Below are positions 20,496-31,067 of a stretch of DNA of 64,000 nt, piece by piece. Position 1 is the stretch's first letter, and each line of letters begins with the position of its first letter. The notes under the pieces were generated by a model. That model saw nothing but the letters and a program-made list of their open reading frames with translations. It made no database searches and was not told the DNA's origin. The position numbers and the translations under genes are program-made. Source of the DNA: Candidatus Bathyarchaeota archaeon (lineage in GTDB: Archaea > Thermoproteota > Bathyarchaeia > Bathyarchaeales > Bathycorpusculaceae); assembly GCA_963772455.1 (NCBI GenBank), contig CAVYXJ010000009.1:96001-160000 (forward strand). The letters are read 5' to 3'.

Positions 20496-22080
20496 ATGGA
20501 AAAATACCATTATCGACCAGCTCTACTAATTTTTTTAGTAATTTTCGCTGCAGCTGTACTCTACAATCTGGGTTATATGTCGGTGCAATGGGACGAGATG
20601 CCCCATCTTTATGGAGCAACCATGCTTTCTCGTGGGCAAACTTGGGATTACATGACTACTTATGGCTATTACCCGCCAATCTTTGACCTTGTCACTACGG
20701 GTTACTTCCAAATATTTGGGATCAGCCAAATTACTGGGCGTTTGGTGGCTGTTACTTTTTCGTTGCTGGCGATTGTGCTTTTGTTTGAATTTACCAAACG
20801 AACCTATGGACAAAAAAACGCTTTGATCGCCTGTGTCCTTTTGGGTACTATGCCTGGGTTTTTTTGGCTCTCCAGGGTAACTATGTTAGAAACCATGCTT
20901 ATTTTCTTCTTTACTCTCGTAATGTTTGCGTTTTATTCGTGGATTACCAAAGATACTTACAAGACGCTTCTTTTCAGCGGTTTAGTCTTAGGTATAGGTG
21001 TTCTTGCAAAATACCAGATTATTGTTGCAGCCATAGCGATGTTACTGAGTATTTTATTTCTTGCAAGAAAACGTTTGAAGCTTAATCTAGCAAAGTTTCT
21101 GATAATTTTTGGCATCGTAGTCTTGGTAGCTCTACCATGGTTTGCGATGATTTACCACTACAACGGAGTAACCAAGTTTGAAACTCTTCAGTACGTTATG
21201 AGTGAAGGCGGCCAAGACAGACCTGCCTATAGCAATCGATTCCAACCTATCCCCGCATATTACCTTGTTGAGATGTCATGGCCATTCAACGACATAGCTG
21301 TCCACCCTATCTCTCTTCCAATTTTTGCTTTAGGTTTATGCGGCTTAGTGATTATTTGCTTACCGAAGAAAGAAACAGGACATTTTCTTTCTAACTTGGT
21401 TTTTGGTTGTTTATGTTTTTTTCACTATTATTCCGAATAGACAATGGCGTTATGTTACGCCGCTTTTTCCAATTTTAGCCATTTCCGCCGCATGCTTCAT
21501 AATGTTTCTGTATGGCAGAGTCAATGCGTGGAAACCTAAAGAGGTTGGAATCAAGGGTGACCGCAAAAAGAAGCTTGCCGCGGTATTCTTCAGTGTTATA
21601 ATAGCATCGGCGGTTGCGTATGCTGCCTACGATGCTTATCAAATGACTGCCCGCGACCAAATCCACATTCCAATAAAAGAATCTACGGATTATTTGGCGG
21701 CGAATTTGAACCAAAACCAGTCGGCAGTGCTTGTTTGCTCCTTCAACCTTCTCAACCAAGACATGTTCCGTTTCTACTTGCCTTCAAACATTTCAAGAGA
21801 CCAAATCTGGCAATACCCAGAATTGGCAGTCGATTCTTTTACACCAAACTTTAACATTACAGAATTCCTAAATCTTTGCCAACAACAAAACGTAAAATAC
21901 ATCATACTCTTCGACTACGGAATACACACCCAATTCTTCAACACAACTCTAGATTACACCCAAGTAGAAAATATGATTTACAATACAGGAAGATTCGGCG
22001 ATCCACTGGATCAGCCTTTCTGGGGCGATTTCTACGGAAACATGGGCTATAGAATTTTCTTAGTTCGCTTCTTAGGATAA
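20496..22080 (+). CDS. GT-C (family 39, ArnT/PMT-like) glycosyltransferase with one frameshift
   Basis: WDE..H, YPP, GRL, multiple TM helices, RYVTPL; split near 21350; frame is open upstream to ATT 20388. Confidence 0.85.
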
Positions 22081-22081
22081 A

Positions 22082-22564
22082 TTATTGAGTTTCCAAAAAT
22101 TCAAACCCAGTTTCCTTGTTTTTAACTCTTTTAGCTGAGCCACCAGCTAATTCCAAGATGACTACCTCCCCTATTTGCCAAACATCCACACCCATACGAA
22201 CACAACCAGTGATTGCATTGTCGTTTCTGCCGAAACTCGCATGCATATGCAGTTTGGGTTTACCTTCTTCATCAGTGAAGATTGTGCCTACGCCGCATGC
22301 TTCATGGACGCCTCTCAAAAGTGTAATCATTGGTTCGGGGGGCATTGCATCACCATTTTTTGGTCCCACAACAACTTTGCTTTTGTCTTGGGCACCACCG
22401 AGGAAAAAACAGAGGGCACTTTTAACTTGTTTTTGTTCTGCGAATTCCTCAATAACTTTGTGAAGCGTTTCATCGTGGTGGAGTCTGAGTATAAAGATTC
22501 TTGCGAGAGATGCTTCAGTGTAATTCAAGGGTTTGACCTCTTGCGTTAAAACGGAGAGTTTCAA
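22082..22564 (-). CDS. PPC/DUF296 domain protein
   Basis: RIFILRL, EACGVGTI, KLHMHASFG, GEVVI. Confidence 0.85.
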   Translation of the reverse strand: MKLSVLTQEVKPLNYTEASLARIFILRLHHDETLHKVIEEFAEQKQVKSALCFFLGGAQDKSKVVVGPKNGDAMPPEPMITLLRGVHEACGVGTIFTDEEGKPKLHMHASFGRNDNAITGCVRMGVDVWQIGEVVILELAGGSAKRVKNKETGFEFLETQ

Positions 22565-22897
22565 GTATAAAAGAGTTCAATTGAAGCAAAAAATATTCTC
22601 TTTAAGAGATAACGGTTTGCAGTTTACACTCTGTTTATGTATAGTGTTTGTTTGGCATCTTCTTTGCTTTTTTGTGAAGGCACGATTGATGCGTCGATAA
22701 CCGGGGTTTGAGCGGTTATTTGGCATTTTGGACTGCGCCTTACTGCATTTTTCTGAGACATATTTTTCAACCTCTTGAAGAGCCACACAAGTATTAGATT
22801 ACGCTTATAAACGTTATCCCGCTTTTAAAACTGTCTTTTGTAGGCTAAATACTTATTATAACTAACAAAAAAGGCCAACGATTGATTAAATTACGAG

Positions 22898-23486
22898 TTA
22901 ACGATTAAAGCGGTCGTTTTTCCATACATCGGCCTTGTCACTGTAACCTCGCTTCTCCCAGAACCCCAACTCCTTGCTGCGAGTAAAACCTAAACGCACC
23001 ACCCACAAAGCACTCTTGTAAGCGTATTTGCTTGGCACAATAAGGCGCACTGGAAAACCAAGTCCCTCATCCAATACTTCACCGTTAAGCTTGTAAGCTA
23101 ACAGCACGTCGTCGCCTGCAAGTTCTTCGCGAAAAAGTGAAGTCCTATAGTTGTCGGCACAATCAAAATTTACGGCTCGCGCCACATCTCTTGGCTTGAC
23201 GAGTTTTTCTACTGTCTTTGATTTTGACGCCCTCCCACTTGCAATCCAGCACGCTCCAGCCTTCAACACAATGAAAATCGCTCACAGAAACGGTTTTTGG
23301 CAATTTCATGAAATCGTTCCAACTAAGTTTCACTGGATTTTCAACTTCGCCCTCAACTGTTAACGTGAAGGTTTCTAGCTGCAACTGGGGGTTAGTTGAT
23401 GTTATCCCTGGATGATCGGTGCCCCAGCGTAAAATGTGGTCTGTGACTTGTTGGTCAGGCGGAAGCCTTTGTTTTTTAGAAGCCAA
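22898..23486 (-). CDS. Sulfite-oxidase-family molybdopterin oxidoreductase with one frameshift
   Basis: LPPDQ, DFHCVEGWS, W.GV, GFPVRLIVP, YAYKSA.W, GFWE.RGY in two overlapping frames. Confidence 0.88.
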
Positions 23487-23540
23487 AAATAATCACTAAT
23501 AGAAAACAGATAAGGTTAAAGAAAAAGTTTACTTAATCTA

Positions 23541-24644
23541 TCAACCCATTTGGAAAAAATGTGATAGCTGTTTTTGCCTTGGTTCTTCTCGGCTGAAAAC
23601 TGAGACTTTGACGCCGACCCTTCGTATTTCAAGTGTTGATTCGCTCAAGAACTTCTCGAAAAGAACTCTAACGTTTCTCCTAATCGTTTCCTTATCCTTT
23701 GAGGGTTGGTCAAGTGTGATTGAACGGCTTTTGCTGCTTAAGTCTGTTCGAACCACGTAAATTGCCACTTGCTTGAAGCTTAGGTTTTTCTCCGTAACCT
23801 CTCTGAAGACGTCCTCCGTTAATTCATCGGTTTTCTGAAGAATAAATTCCAAGTCGTGTGTGTCCTGTTTTAGGGTGCCGATGCGGCTGATTGATTCTGC
23901 TTCGCCTTGTTCTTGGACTGGTTCGTTGTCGACTGCGTTGGCGGCATTGTGGAAGTAGATGCCTATGACTTTGCCGAAAACTTCGATGAGTCTTTGACAA
24001 TCGAATTTGGCTAAGTCACCAATGGTTTTAATGCCCAACTCAGCCATCTTTACTGAAGTTTTCTTGCCTACCCCTAAAAGTCGGTCAACATCTAGCGACG
24101 CAAGGAAAATCTTTGCTTCTCGGGGTTTAACAATGGTTAAGCCGTCGGGTTTTTGGCTGTCACAAGCGATTTTCGCGACTATTTTGTTTGGTCCAACACC
24201 TACTGAAAAGGAAATTCCAACTTGGTTTTTTACGTCCGCCTTGATTTTTTGGGCGTAATCTTGAGCTTTTTCAAAGCTGCCTTCAACCTGCTCTGTAACA
24301 TCCAAATAAGCTTCATCGACGCTGACTTGCTCAAGACTGGTAGCGTAACCGCGGAAAATTCGCATTATCCTGTCGCTAATTTCGTCATAGTACTCATGGT
24401 CAACGGGCAGAAAAACTGATTCTGTACCTTCGAGTTTGCGCTTTGCCAAAAAAAGGGGCATGCCAGATTTAACTCCGTATTTGCGAGCGATGTAATTGCT
24501 GGTGCTTACCGCTCCGCTCTCCTCAGTTCGCCCCGAATATACGCCGACTACAACAGGTTTGTCCTTAATTGTTGGGTTGCGGAGTTCTTCGCATTGAGCA
24601 TAGAAATAGTCGAAGTCAGCCAGCATTATCACGCGATCTTGCAT
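23541..24644 (-). CDS. dinB: Y-family DNA polymerase IV (DinB/Dpo4)
   Basis: DFDYFYAQ, NY.ARKYGVKSGMP, SVDEAY, KIVAKIA, KPDG, C-terminal PIP-like QKQLSHFF. Confidence 0.95.
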   Translation of the reverse strand: MQDRVIMLADFDYFYAQCEELRNPTIKDKPVVVGVYSGRTEESGAVSTSNYIARKYGVKSGMPLFLAKRKLEGTESVFLPVDHEYYDEISDRIMRIFRGYATSLEQVSVDEAYLDVTEQVEGSFEKAQDYAQKIKADVKNQVGISFSVGVGPNKIVAKIACDSQKPDGLTIVKPREAKIFLASLDVDRLLGVGKKTSVKMAELGIKTIGDLAKFDCQRLIEVFGKVIGIYFHNAANAVDNEPVQEQGEAESISRIGTLKQDTHDLEFILQKTDELTEDVFREVTEKNLSFKQVAIYVVRTDLSSKSRSITLDQPSKDKETIRRNVRVLFEKFLSESTLEIRRVGVKVSVFSREEPRQKQLSHFFQMG

Positions 24645-25517
24645 TGTTTATCCTCCTTTGATTTGGGCATTAGCCATGAGCCATCACATGTTGCAGTGTT
24701 TAACTTTGGTAAGCCTTCTCGGCAAACGCCAAACTTCATCCCGTTAGCTTCAGCCAAATCCCGTATATCTTTGAGAATTTTATATCTGAGTTCTTTTGGC
24801 AAAAATGTGCTTCCTCCGATTTTTTCGCCTTGCACAAAATACAGCGGTTTCAGTTTCTCAGCTATTTGTGGCATTGCATTTGTAAGGCGCATCCAGTTGT
24901 CTGCTTTGGCTTTGTAGGTTGAGCATGTTATGTGTTTAACGCCGATGTCTGAAAGGATTTTGATGAGTCTTTGTGGTTGGTCGTTTACGAATGGGATTAT
25001 TGGGTCGATTCGCACGGAAACTGGGATGCCTGCTTTGATTAGGTCTTGGGCGGCTCTTATGCGCTGGGAGGGCGAAGGCGCGAAGGGTTCAAGGAATTTT
25101 GGCGAGGTCATCGTCATCGGTGGTTATGGTTAATGCAACCGTCGATGGAACCTTGGCGAGCAAGTCGTCGTCTCGTGTTACTATGTTGCTTTTGGTTATG
25201 ATTTGTACTTTGCAGTTGTTCTCAACAAGAATTTCGAGGCAACGTCTGGTCAAGCCCTCGGTCGCTTCGACTCTTGGATATGGGTCAGATGAGTTGGATA
25301 TTGAAATGGTTTCGCCTTTGAGTTTAGCCGCTTCCCTCTTCAACATTGTCAATGCATCTTTTTTTGGGTGGCAATCTTTGAAGTTTGGAATGTAGCTTGT
25401 GGCATAGCAGTAGGTGCATTGATGGTCGCATCCCGTGTAAGGGTTAAAAGTTAATTTGGGTGGACATGTGCAGAGGCCTGAACGCCATGGGTCAAAGCTT
25501 GAAATCAAAGGCACCAA
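24629..25517 (-). CDS. Radical SAM protein (SplB/spore photoproduct lyase-like) with one frameshift
   Basis: NPYTGCDHQCTYCYA, SSDPY, ITKS, LEP.APSP..R, RIDPIIP; break near 25110. Confidence 0.88.
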
Positions 25518-25794
25518 ACATTCACTACCCAGTATATGCAATGCAGGCAAACAAAAAGTATTCGCACCAAGATTATTATTTTAGTAAAAAGTGGAATCGT
25601 CCAAAAACAATGATGTTTTGTTGCTTTATTTATGGAGAGATCGCTAAGAGCAGAAATAATAAGTGTTAATGAGTAATAGTTGAATTTGATTGAGAAATAA
25701 TTTCTGGTTAATTTAAGGTATGTTTAATTTGCTGTTTTGATTTTTAGTTTATTAGTTAAGATTTACTATTTTTTGATAATTCTGGGATTGATAA

Positions 25795-27752
25795 ATGGGC
25801 TATTGCAAGGAAAAACTGGAAAAAGAAGCAGGTGAAGAAGGACGCAGCAAGCGATTGCTGGTTGCCTTTGCAGTTTGGCTAGGAATAACAATACTTGTCA
25901 GCGGCTTACTAGACCTGTTTGCTAAGGGGTTTGCCACTTGGCTTTACCATGCCAATCCTGAACCTTCCCGCAACATTATCCATGATACTTTATTACGTCG
26001 CAATCCTTACAGCAGCAATCTACATCGGTGCCGTCGGCTTAAAGGAGCTTGTTTTAGAAAGACGCTTCAGCGTAGAGTTCCTAATGGCAGTTGCAGGATT
26101 AGGCGCACTTTTCCTCGACTACCGATTTGAAGCAGCCACCGTATTGTTCCTCTACTGTTTAGCAGAATACTTTGAAGGATACATCCAGAGCAGAGCAAAG
26201 CGAACGGTTGAGAAAATATCCAAAGTTATTCCTGAAAACGCTCGCGTTTTAAGCCAAGGTGCCGAGAAAAATGTTAGTGTAAATGAAGTTGAGATTGGCG
26301 AGATTATTCTTGTTAAACCCGGAGAAAGAATACCCTTGGATGGCAACGTGATTGAAGGATTCTCGCATGTTGATCAAGCCTTGGTTACGGGTGAATCGGT
26401 GCCTGTGCCCAAAAAAGTGAATGACTGCGTATTTGCTGGCACTCTCAACGCGAGTGGCGTGCTAAAGATTACAGTTACCAAGAAAGCAACAGAAACATTA
26501 GTTTCGCGGATTGTTGAACTTGTAGTCGAGTCACAAAAAAGAAAAGCCACAATTGAGGGTTTAGTTGACCGGTTTGCTAAGATTTATGTGCCAATCGTAA
26601 TTGCACTTGCAGTTTTCACTGCTGGAGCTTTGCCTTACTTGGTGGGCGGATCATTTCAAACTTGGTTCTACCGCTCACTAATCTTGCTCGTAGTCTCTTG
26701 CCCAAGCGCTTTTATCATCTCTGTTCCAGCAACAATCTTCATAGCAATAACAATTGCTGCCAAAAGAGGCGTAATAATTAAGGGAGGAATATTCATCGAA
26801 AAGCTCGCACGCGTAAAATCTGTAGTTTTTGACAAGACGGGTACATTAACTCTGGGAAGACAAGCTGTTCACGAAGTTAGGCGAGTTGACATTTCCAGAG
26901 CTGAGGATGAAGCTATAACTTACGCAGCTGCTTTGGACCAGTTTTCGAACCATCCGATTGCCCAGGCTATTGTTCGCAAAGCTCATAGAACGTGGGATTG
27001 ACCTTAGCAAAGTCAAGGTAACCGATGTGGTAGAAGTTCCAGGAAAAGGCATCGTGGGATTAGTGAACGGTAAACACGTAGCTATCGGCAACTTGGAATT
27101 GATGCGTGAATTAGGCTGCGACTGCACAGATGCCTTTGAGATTATTTCAGGTGACATCCACACGGCTGTCTGTGTTTCAGTTGGTAAAGTTGGTTTAGCT
27201 GCGGTTTGCGTGGTTGATGAAGTAAGAGAAGATGCTCTAAAAGCCATTAACTCCTTGAAGCGACAAAACATTAAAACTGCCATGTTAACAGGCGACAGCG
27301 AAGAAATTGCAAAGGACACTGCAAAGTCTCTGGGCATTAGCGACGTGTTTGCAGGACTGTTGCCTGAGGATAAATTGAAGTGCATAGAAGACATGAAGGG
27401 AAAAGGTGGGTTGGTAGCGATGGTTGGCGACGGTGTTAACGATGCGCCCGCTCTTGCTGCTTCTGATGTGGGAATTGCCATGGGGGCTCGAGGAGTTGAT
27501 GTGGCGTTGGAATCTGCAGACGTTGTGTTGGTTAAGGATGAATTGGCTCAAATTCCTTACTTATTAAAATTGAGTGATAAGACAATGGTTATTGCAAAAC
27601 AGAATATTGCTGCGTCATTGGTTGTAAAGTTGATTCTTGGCGCTTTGGGATTGATGGGTTTAACGCCGCTGTGGTTTACGGTGGCTTCAGGAGACGATGG
27701 AGTAACAATGCTTTTGCTGCTTAATACGCTACGTCTTGAAAGAATAAAATAG
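25795..27752 (+). CDS. P1B heavy-metal (Zn/Cd-type) ATPase with two frameshifts
   Basis: TGES, SCPS, DKTGT, HP, MLTGD, GDGVNDAP, KQNI; three overlapping ORFs. Confidence 0.9.
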
Positions 27753-27816
27753 ACATTTACTTTGCTGTTATAGGTTAGTTGAGCAGTTGCTTTGTTGCAT
27801 TATGAAATGTTAATAA

Positions 27817-28386
27817 GTGCAAAACCTCGAGTTAAGCATCATGCCTAACAAGCAAAAGACAAATCCTAAGTCCAATTCAAAGAGTCAACGAAAGATTAAA
27901 CTAAAGGAAAAACAGGCTAAGGCCCAACAAAAACCAGTAAGCATATTCAAAAGCAAATATTACTGGATAATTCTGACTACAACTATTCTAATTTTTATTT
28001 TTGCCTTAGGATATTTTGCGCATATTTCTATAGAAAAAGAGCTGCTAATTTTAGGCAGCGTTTTATCGCTAATATGCTTCGGATTTTATGTCGCCTATAA
28101 ACCATCTGTAAATTACGATAAACGAGCAACGTTCTTTTTTGCTGGAGCATCAATCATTGGCTTTAGCATTTGGGCTTTAATAGTGCTCTCCCTTATTGTG
28201 TCGGGAGTTTTAATACAAATTCTAAATTCAGTAGGCGACAGCTTCTTTGTTATAACAAGCCTAACAATCTTTTTGGTCTTAGGAGCATTCATCGGCGACT
28301 TCATCGGCAAAAATAGAGAAATTGTACTATTCTTTGCTCATCAATTCAGAAACCGATTGTTCCATTCCAAAGCAGAGGGAAAATAA
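27817..28386 (+). CDS. Hypothetical 4-TM membrane protein
   Basis: Basic N-terminus followed by four hydrophobic segments. Confidence 0.7.
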   Translation: MQNLELSIMPNKQKTNPKSNSKSQRKIKLKEKQAKAQQKPVSIFKSKYYWIILTTTILIFIFALGYFAHISIEKELLILGSVLSLICFGFYVAYKPSVNYDKRATFFFAGASIIGFSIWALIVLSLIVSGVLIQILNSVGDSFFVITSLTIFLVLGAFIGDFIGKNREIVLFFAHQFRNRLFHSKAEGK

Positions 28387-28468
28387 GGTATCTTTTCCTG
28401 TTTCCCCAGAAACTTTAAGAGCACAATCCCTCAGCATGTTCTAAAGACTCATCAAGGACCGACCTGCA

Positions 28469-29347
28469 TTGAAATTTGGAATAATGACGCGAAACATGGA
28501 AGCATGGAGCTCCACACAAGTTCGAGCAGCACTAACTAAACACGGTATTCCTTACGAATGCTTCACTTTTCCAAGAATTGTTGCGCGACTTGCGTATAAG
28601 CCTTATTTTAAAGTCAATGGTATCAGCATCCTTGATGATTTGGATGCATTAATTATTCGTCCGATTGGACGGGGTTCTCTTGAAGAACTTGTTTTTCGAA
28701 TGGACATGCTCTACAAACTTGAACGCCAAGGCTTTTACATGGTTAATCCACCCACAGCAATTGAGCACTGCGTGGACAAATACGATATCTTAGCAATTCT
28801 CGAAGATCAAGGCGTTCCTGTACCCCGAACTTTGGCTACGGAGAGTGTTAATGAAGCCATAAAAGCTTTCAATGAATTAGGAGGCGACATCGTCGTCAAA
28901 CCAATTTTTGGCTCAAGAGGACAAGGGGCTACACGTGTAAACGACATAGACATCGCCGATACCGTTTTCAAAGCCATCACCTTCCATCACGGCGTCATTT
29001 ACATGCAGGAATTCGTACAACATGGAAACTCAGACATACGCGCCTTTGTTATAGGCGACCAAGTAGTCGCATCCATGCGCAGAGTAGCTACTGGATGGAA
29101 AACCAACTATAGCCAAGGAGCCAAACCTGCCCCTGCAATAATCAGCAAAGAATTCGAAGAAATAGCAGTAAAATCTGCTAAGGCAGTTGGGTGCAAAATC
29201 GCTGGCGTAGATATCCTTGAAGGACCCAACGGACCACGCATAGTTGACGTTAACAGTCAACCAGGATGGAAGGGACTACAAGTAGTAGCGAAAGTTAACA
29301 TTGCAGAAGAAATCGTTAACTTTGTTTTGAAGGAACTGAAAAAATAG
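28469..29347 (+). CDS. RimK-family ATP-grasp glutamate ligase (MptN-like)
   Basis: VVKPIFGSRGQG, YMQEFV, DIRAFV, WKTN, AGVDI, DVNSQPGW. Confidence 0.9.
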   Translation: MKFGIMTRNMEAWSSTQVRAALTKHGIPYECFTFPRIVARLAYKPYFKVNGISILDDLDALIIRPIGRGSLEELVFRMDMLYKLERQGFYMVNPPTAIEHCVDKYDILAILEDQGVPVPRTLATESVNEAIKAFNELGGDIVVKPIFGSRGQGATRVNDIDIADTVFKAITFHHGVIYMQEFVQHGNSDIRAFVIGDQVVASMRRVATGWKTNYSQGAKPAPAIISKEFEEIAVKSAKAVGCKIAGVDILEGPNGPRIVDVNSQPGWKGLQVVAKVNIAEEIVNFVLKELKK

Positions 29348-30346
29348 TTATTTACCAGATAAAATCAGAGTATATGGATCGTCAGCGACCTGCGGAAACT
29401 TCATTTCTTTTCCTTTCTTAATTAGAACTTTTTCTTTGTTTCCCATAAATTCGCCAATAAAGCAAGCTTCCAACCCCATCATTGCTAATGTTGCCTTGAC
29501 TTTTTCTTTCGCTCCAGGTTTCACTGAAGCCAAAATCGTGCCCGTTGAAGACATTGCAAGCAATTGTTCATCGCTGAGTTTAAAGTAGCTCTGCAATGCC
29601 AAAACTTCTTTGTTAAGCGGCAGTTTCTCCCATTCCACTCGAAAACCCAATTTTGATGCTTGTGCCAACTCGTTGAGCGCTGCAATGAACCCGCCTTCTG
29701 TCGCATCATGCATCGCATTCACACCGCCCACTTCTGCAAGCTCAGAAGCTTCTCGCACGCAACTTTGCAAGTGAACTTGAGAAGCAAGAATTCTTTGTTG
29801 CTGTGTTCCGAATAGTGTTTGTGCTAACGCTGGGTATGTTAATGATAGGTTTGTAATTGTTTCCAGTCCAAGCGGCTTTGTGCATAGAATCAAGTCGCCA
29901 GCTTTTGCATTTCCTGGAGTAATCAATTTGTGAGGTTCGACAGCTCCGTAAACTGTGCAAACTCCAAGCAAACCTGCAAGGCTACTGTACATGCCAGTGT
30001 GTCCTCGGACTATGGCTATACCCAATTCGTCGGCGGCTTCGCATGTTTGTTTCATAATTTTCTGGAAAACTTCAGGTTTGGTTCCTATTGGTCCGAGGAG
30101 GTTTATGGTGCAAAATTCAGGTTTAGCTCCGAAAAGGGCAATATCGGAAGCGGGATAATTTATCATCAGCCACCCAAACCACTCTTCAGGAACACCAGTG
30201 CAGGGGTCAGTAGCAACAGCCACGTACTTGCCATGTAAAAGGTGAACTCCTGCATCATACCCAATCATGGGTGGCACAATGACTCGGAAATCCTTCTTTA
30301 TGCAGCTTAAGATTTTTTGGAGGTCTTCAGTTGCAAGCTTTCCCAT
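29348..30346 (-). CDS. AIR-synthase-related (PurM-fold, ThiL/HypE-like) protein
   Basis: MGKL, G.DAG, ATDP, SDIA..GA.P, GHT, GDLI, AMHDATEGG. Confidence 0.85.
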   Translation of the reverse strand: MGKLATEDLQKILSCIKKDFRVIVPPMIGYDAGVHLLHGKYVAVATDPCTGVPEEWFGWLMINYPASDIALFGAKPEFCTINLLGPIGTKPEVFQKIMKQTCEAADELGIAIVRGHTGMYSSLAGLLGVCTVYGAVEPHKLITPGNAKAGDLILCTKPLGLETITNLSLTYPALAQTLFGTQQQRILASQVHLQSCVREASELAEVGGVNAMHDATEGGFIAALNELAQASKLGFRVEWEKLPLNKEVLALQSYFKLSDEQLLAMSSTGTILASVKPGAKEKVKATLAMMGLEACFIGEFMGNKEKVLIKKGKEMKFPQVADDPYTLILSGK

Positions 30347-30362
30347 TTACCTTAAACTCCTT

Positions 30363-30905
30363 TTACATATACATTTTCAATGCTTTACTTTTCTGAAGAA
30401 GGAAAATCACAAATAGACTTATTATGAGTTCGGGCAGCAGATAACTTCCATTGTAAATTCCCGAATATACCCAAGGGTTCATCCCTGCAGGTGCGTAAGA
30501 AGCAAAGAAGAGTACTCCTGAAATTAGATGCATGAAAAAGCGTCCTGTGATTGCAACTACAACTCCTGCTAATGCCCACCTTTTATGGAAGAATCCTGCT
30601 AAACCTAGGCAACCAAATGCAAGTGGATAATCCAATAGAACTTGGGGTAAAAAGTATATTTGTGGCATTACAACAAGCTGAACCAAACCGTAGACAAAGC
30701 CTGCGGTCAAACCAATTTTTGGTCCTCTTCGAAGTCCGAGCCAAATTATGGGCACCATAGAAGCCAAAGTAATTGAGCCCCCTTCGGGCAATTGAAAAAT
30801 TATTATGAAGCTCAGTGCCGTTGCCAGCGCAACAAATATTGCAATTTCAGCCAAGACTCTGGAAGTTGAATTACTAGTATATTCGTAAGATTGATTTTTT
30901 GCCAA
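30363..30905 (-). CDS. thiT: ECF-type thiamine transporter S component
   Basis: LAEIAIFVALA, LPEGGSITL, RRG, QVLLDY, SG..FFASYAP, YS..YNGSY; TTG start at 30905. Confidence 0.92.
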   Translation of the reverse strand: MAKNQSYEYTSNSTSRVLAEIAIFVALATALSFIIIFQLPEGGSITLASMVPIIWLGLRRGPKIGLTAGFVYGLVQLVVMPQIYFLPQVLLDYPLAFGCLGLAGFFHKRWALAGVVVAITGRFFMHLISGVLFFASYAPAGMNPWVYSGIYNGSYLLPELIISLFVIFLLQKSKALKMYM

Positions 30906-30910
30906 TGATT

Positions 30911-31003
30911 TTCCCTCCGCCAGTATTACCTGGTTCAGGTTCCTAAGGGTCGACAGCAACTCAGCCGTCCTCTCAGCCAGGTCACTTTCCCAGCTCCCCA
31001 AGA
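30911..31003 (-). ncRNA. TPP (thi-box) riboswitch
   Basis: Minus strand reads GGGGAGCUG...GGCUGAGAGG...GACCCUUAGGAACCUGAACCAGGUAAUACUGGCGGAGGGAA, directly upstream of thiT. Confidence 0.92.
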
Positions 31004-31067
31004 ACTAAAGGGGATAATGTTTTTAGGTTATATTTGAGTTTTCCTACCTCTCAACAAACGATTAGGA

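Noticed and set aside
22577-22786. 69-aa minus-strand ORF
   Set aside because: No recognisable motif or SD; may be spurious or a frameshifted small gene
30906-31001. 32-aa N-terminal extension of ThiT in the ORF track
   Set aside because: This stretch is the TPP aptamer; the SD and TTG at 30905 give a normal-length ThiT
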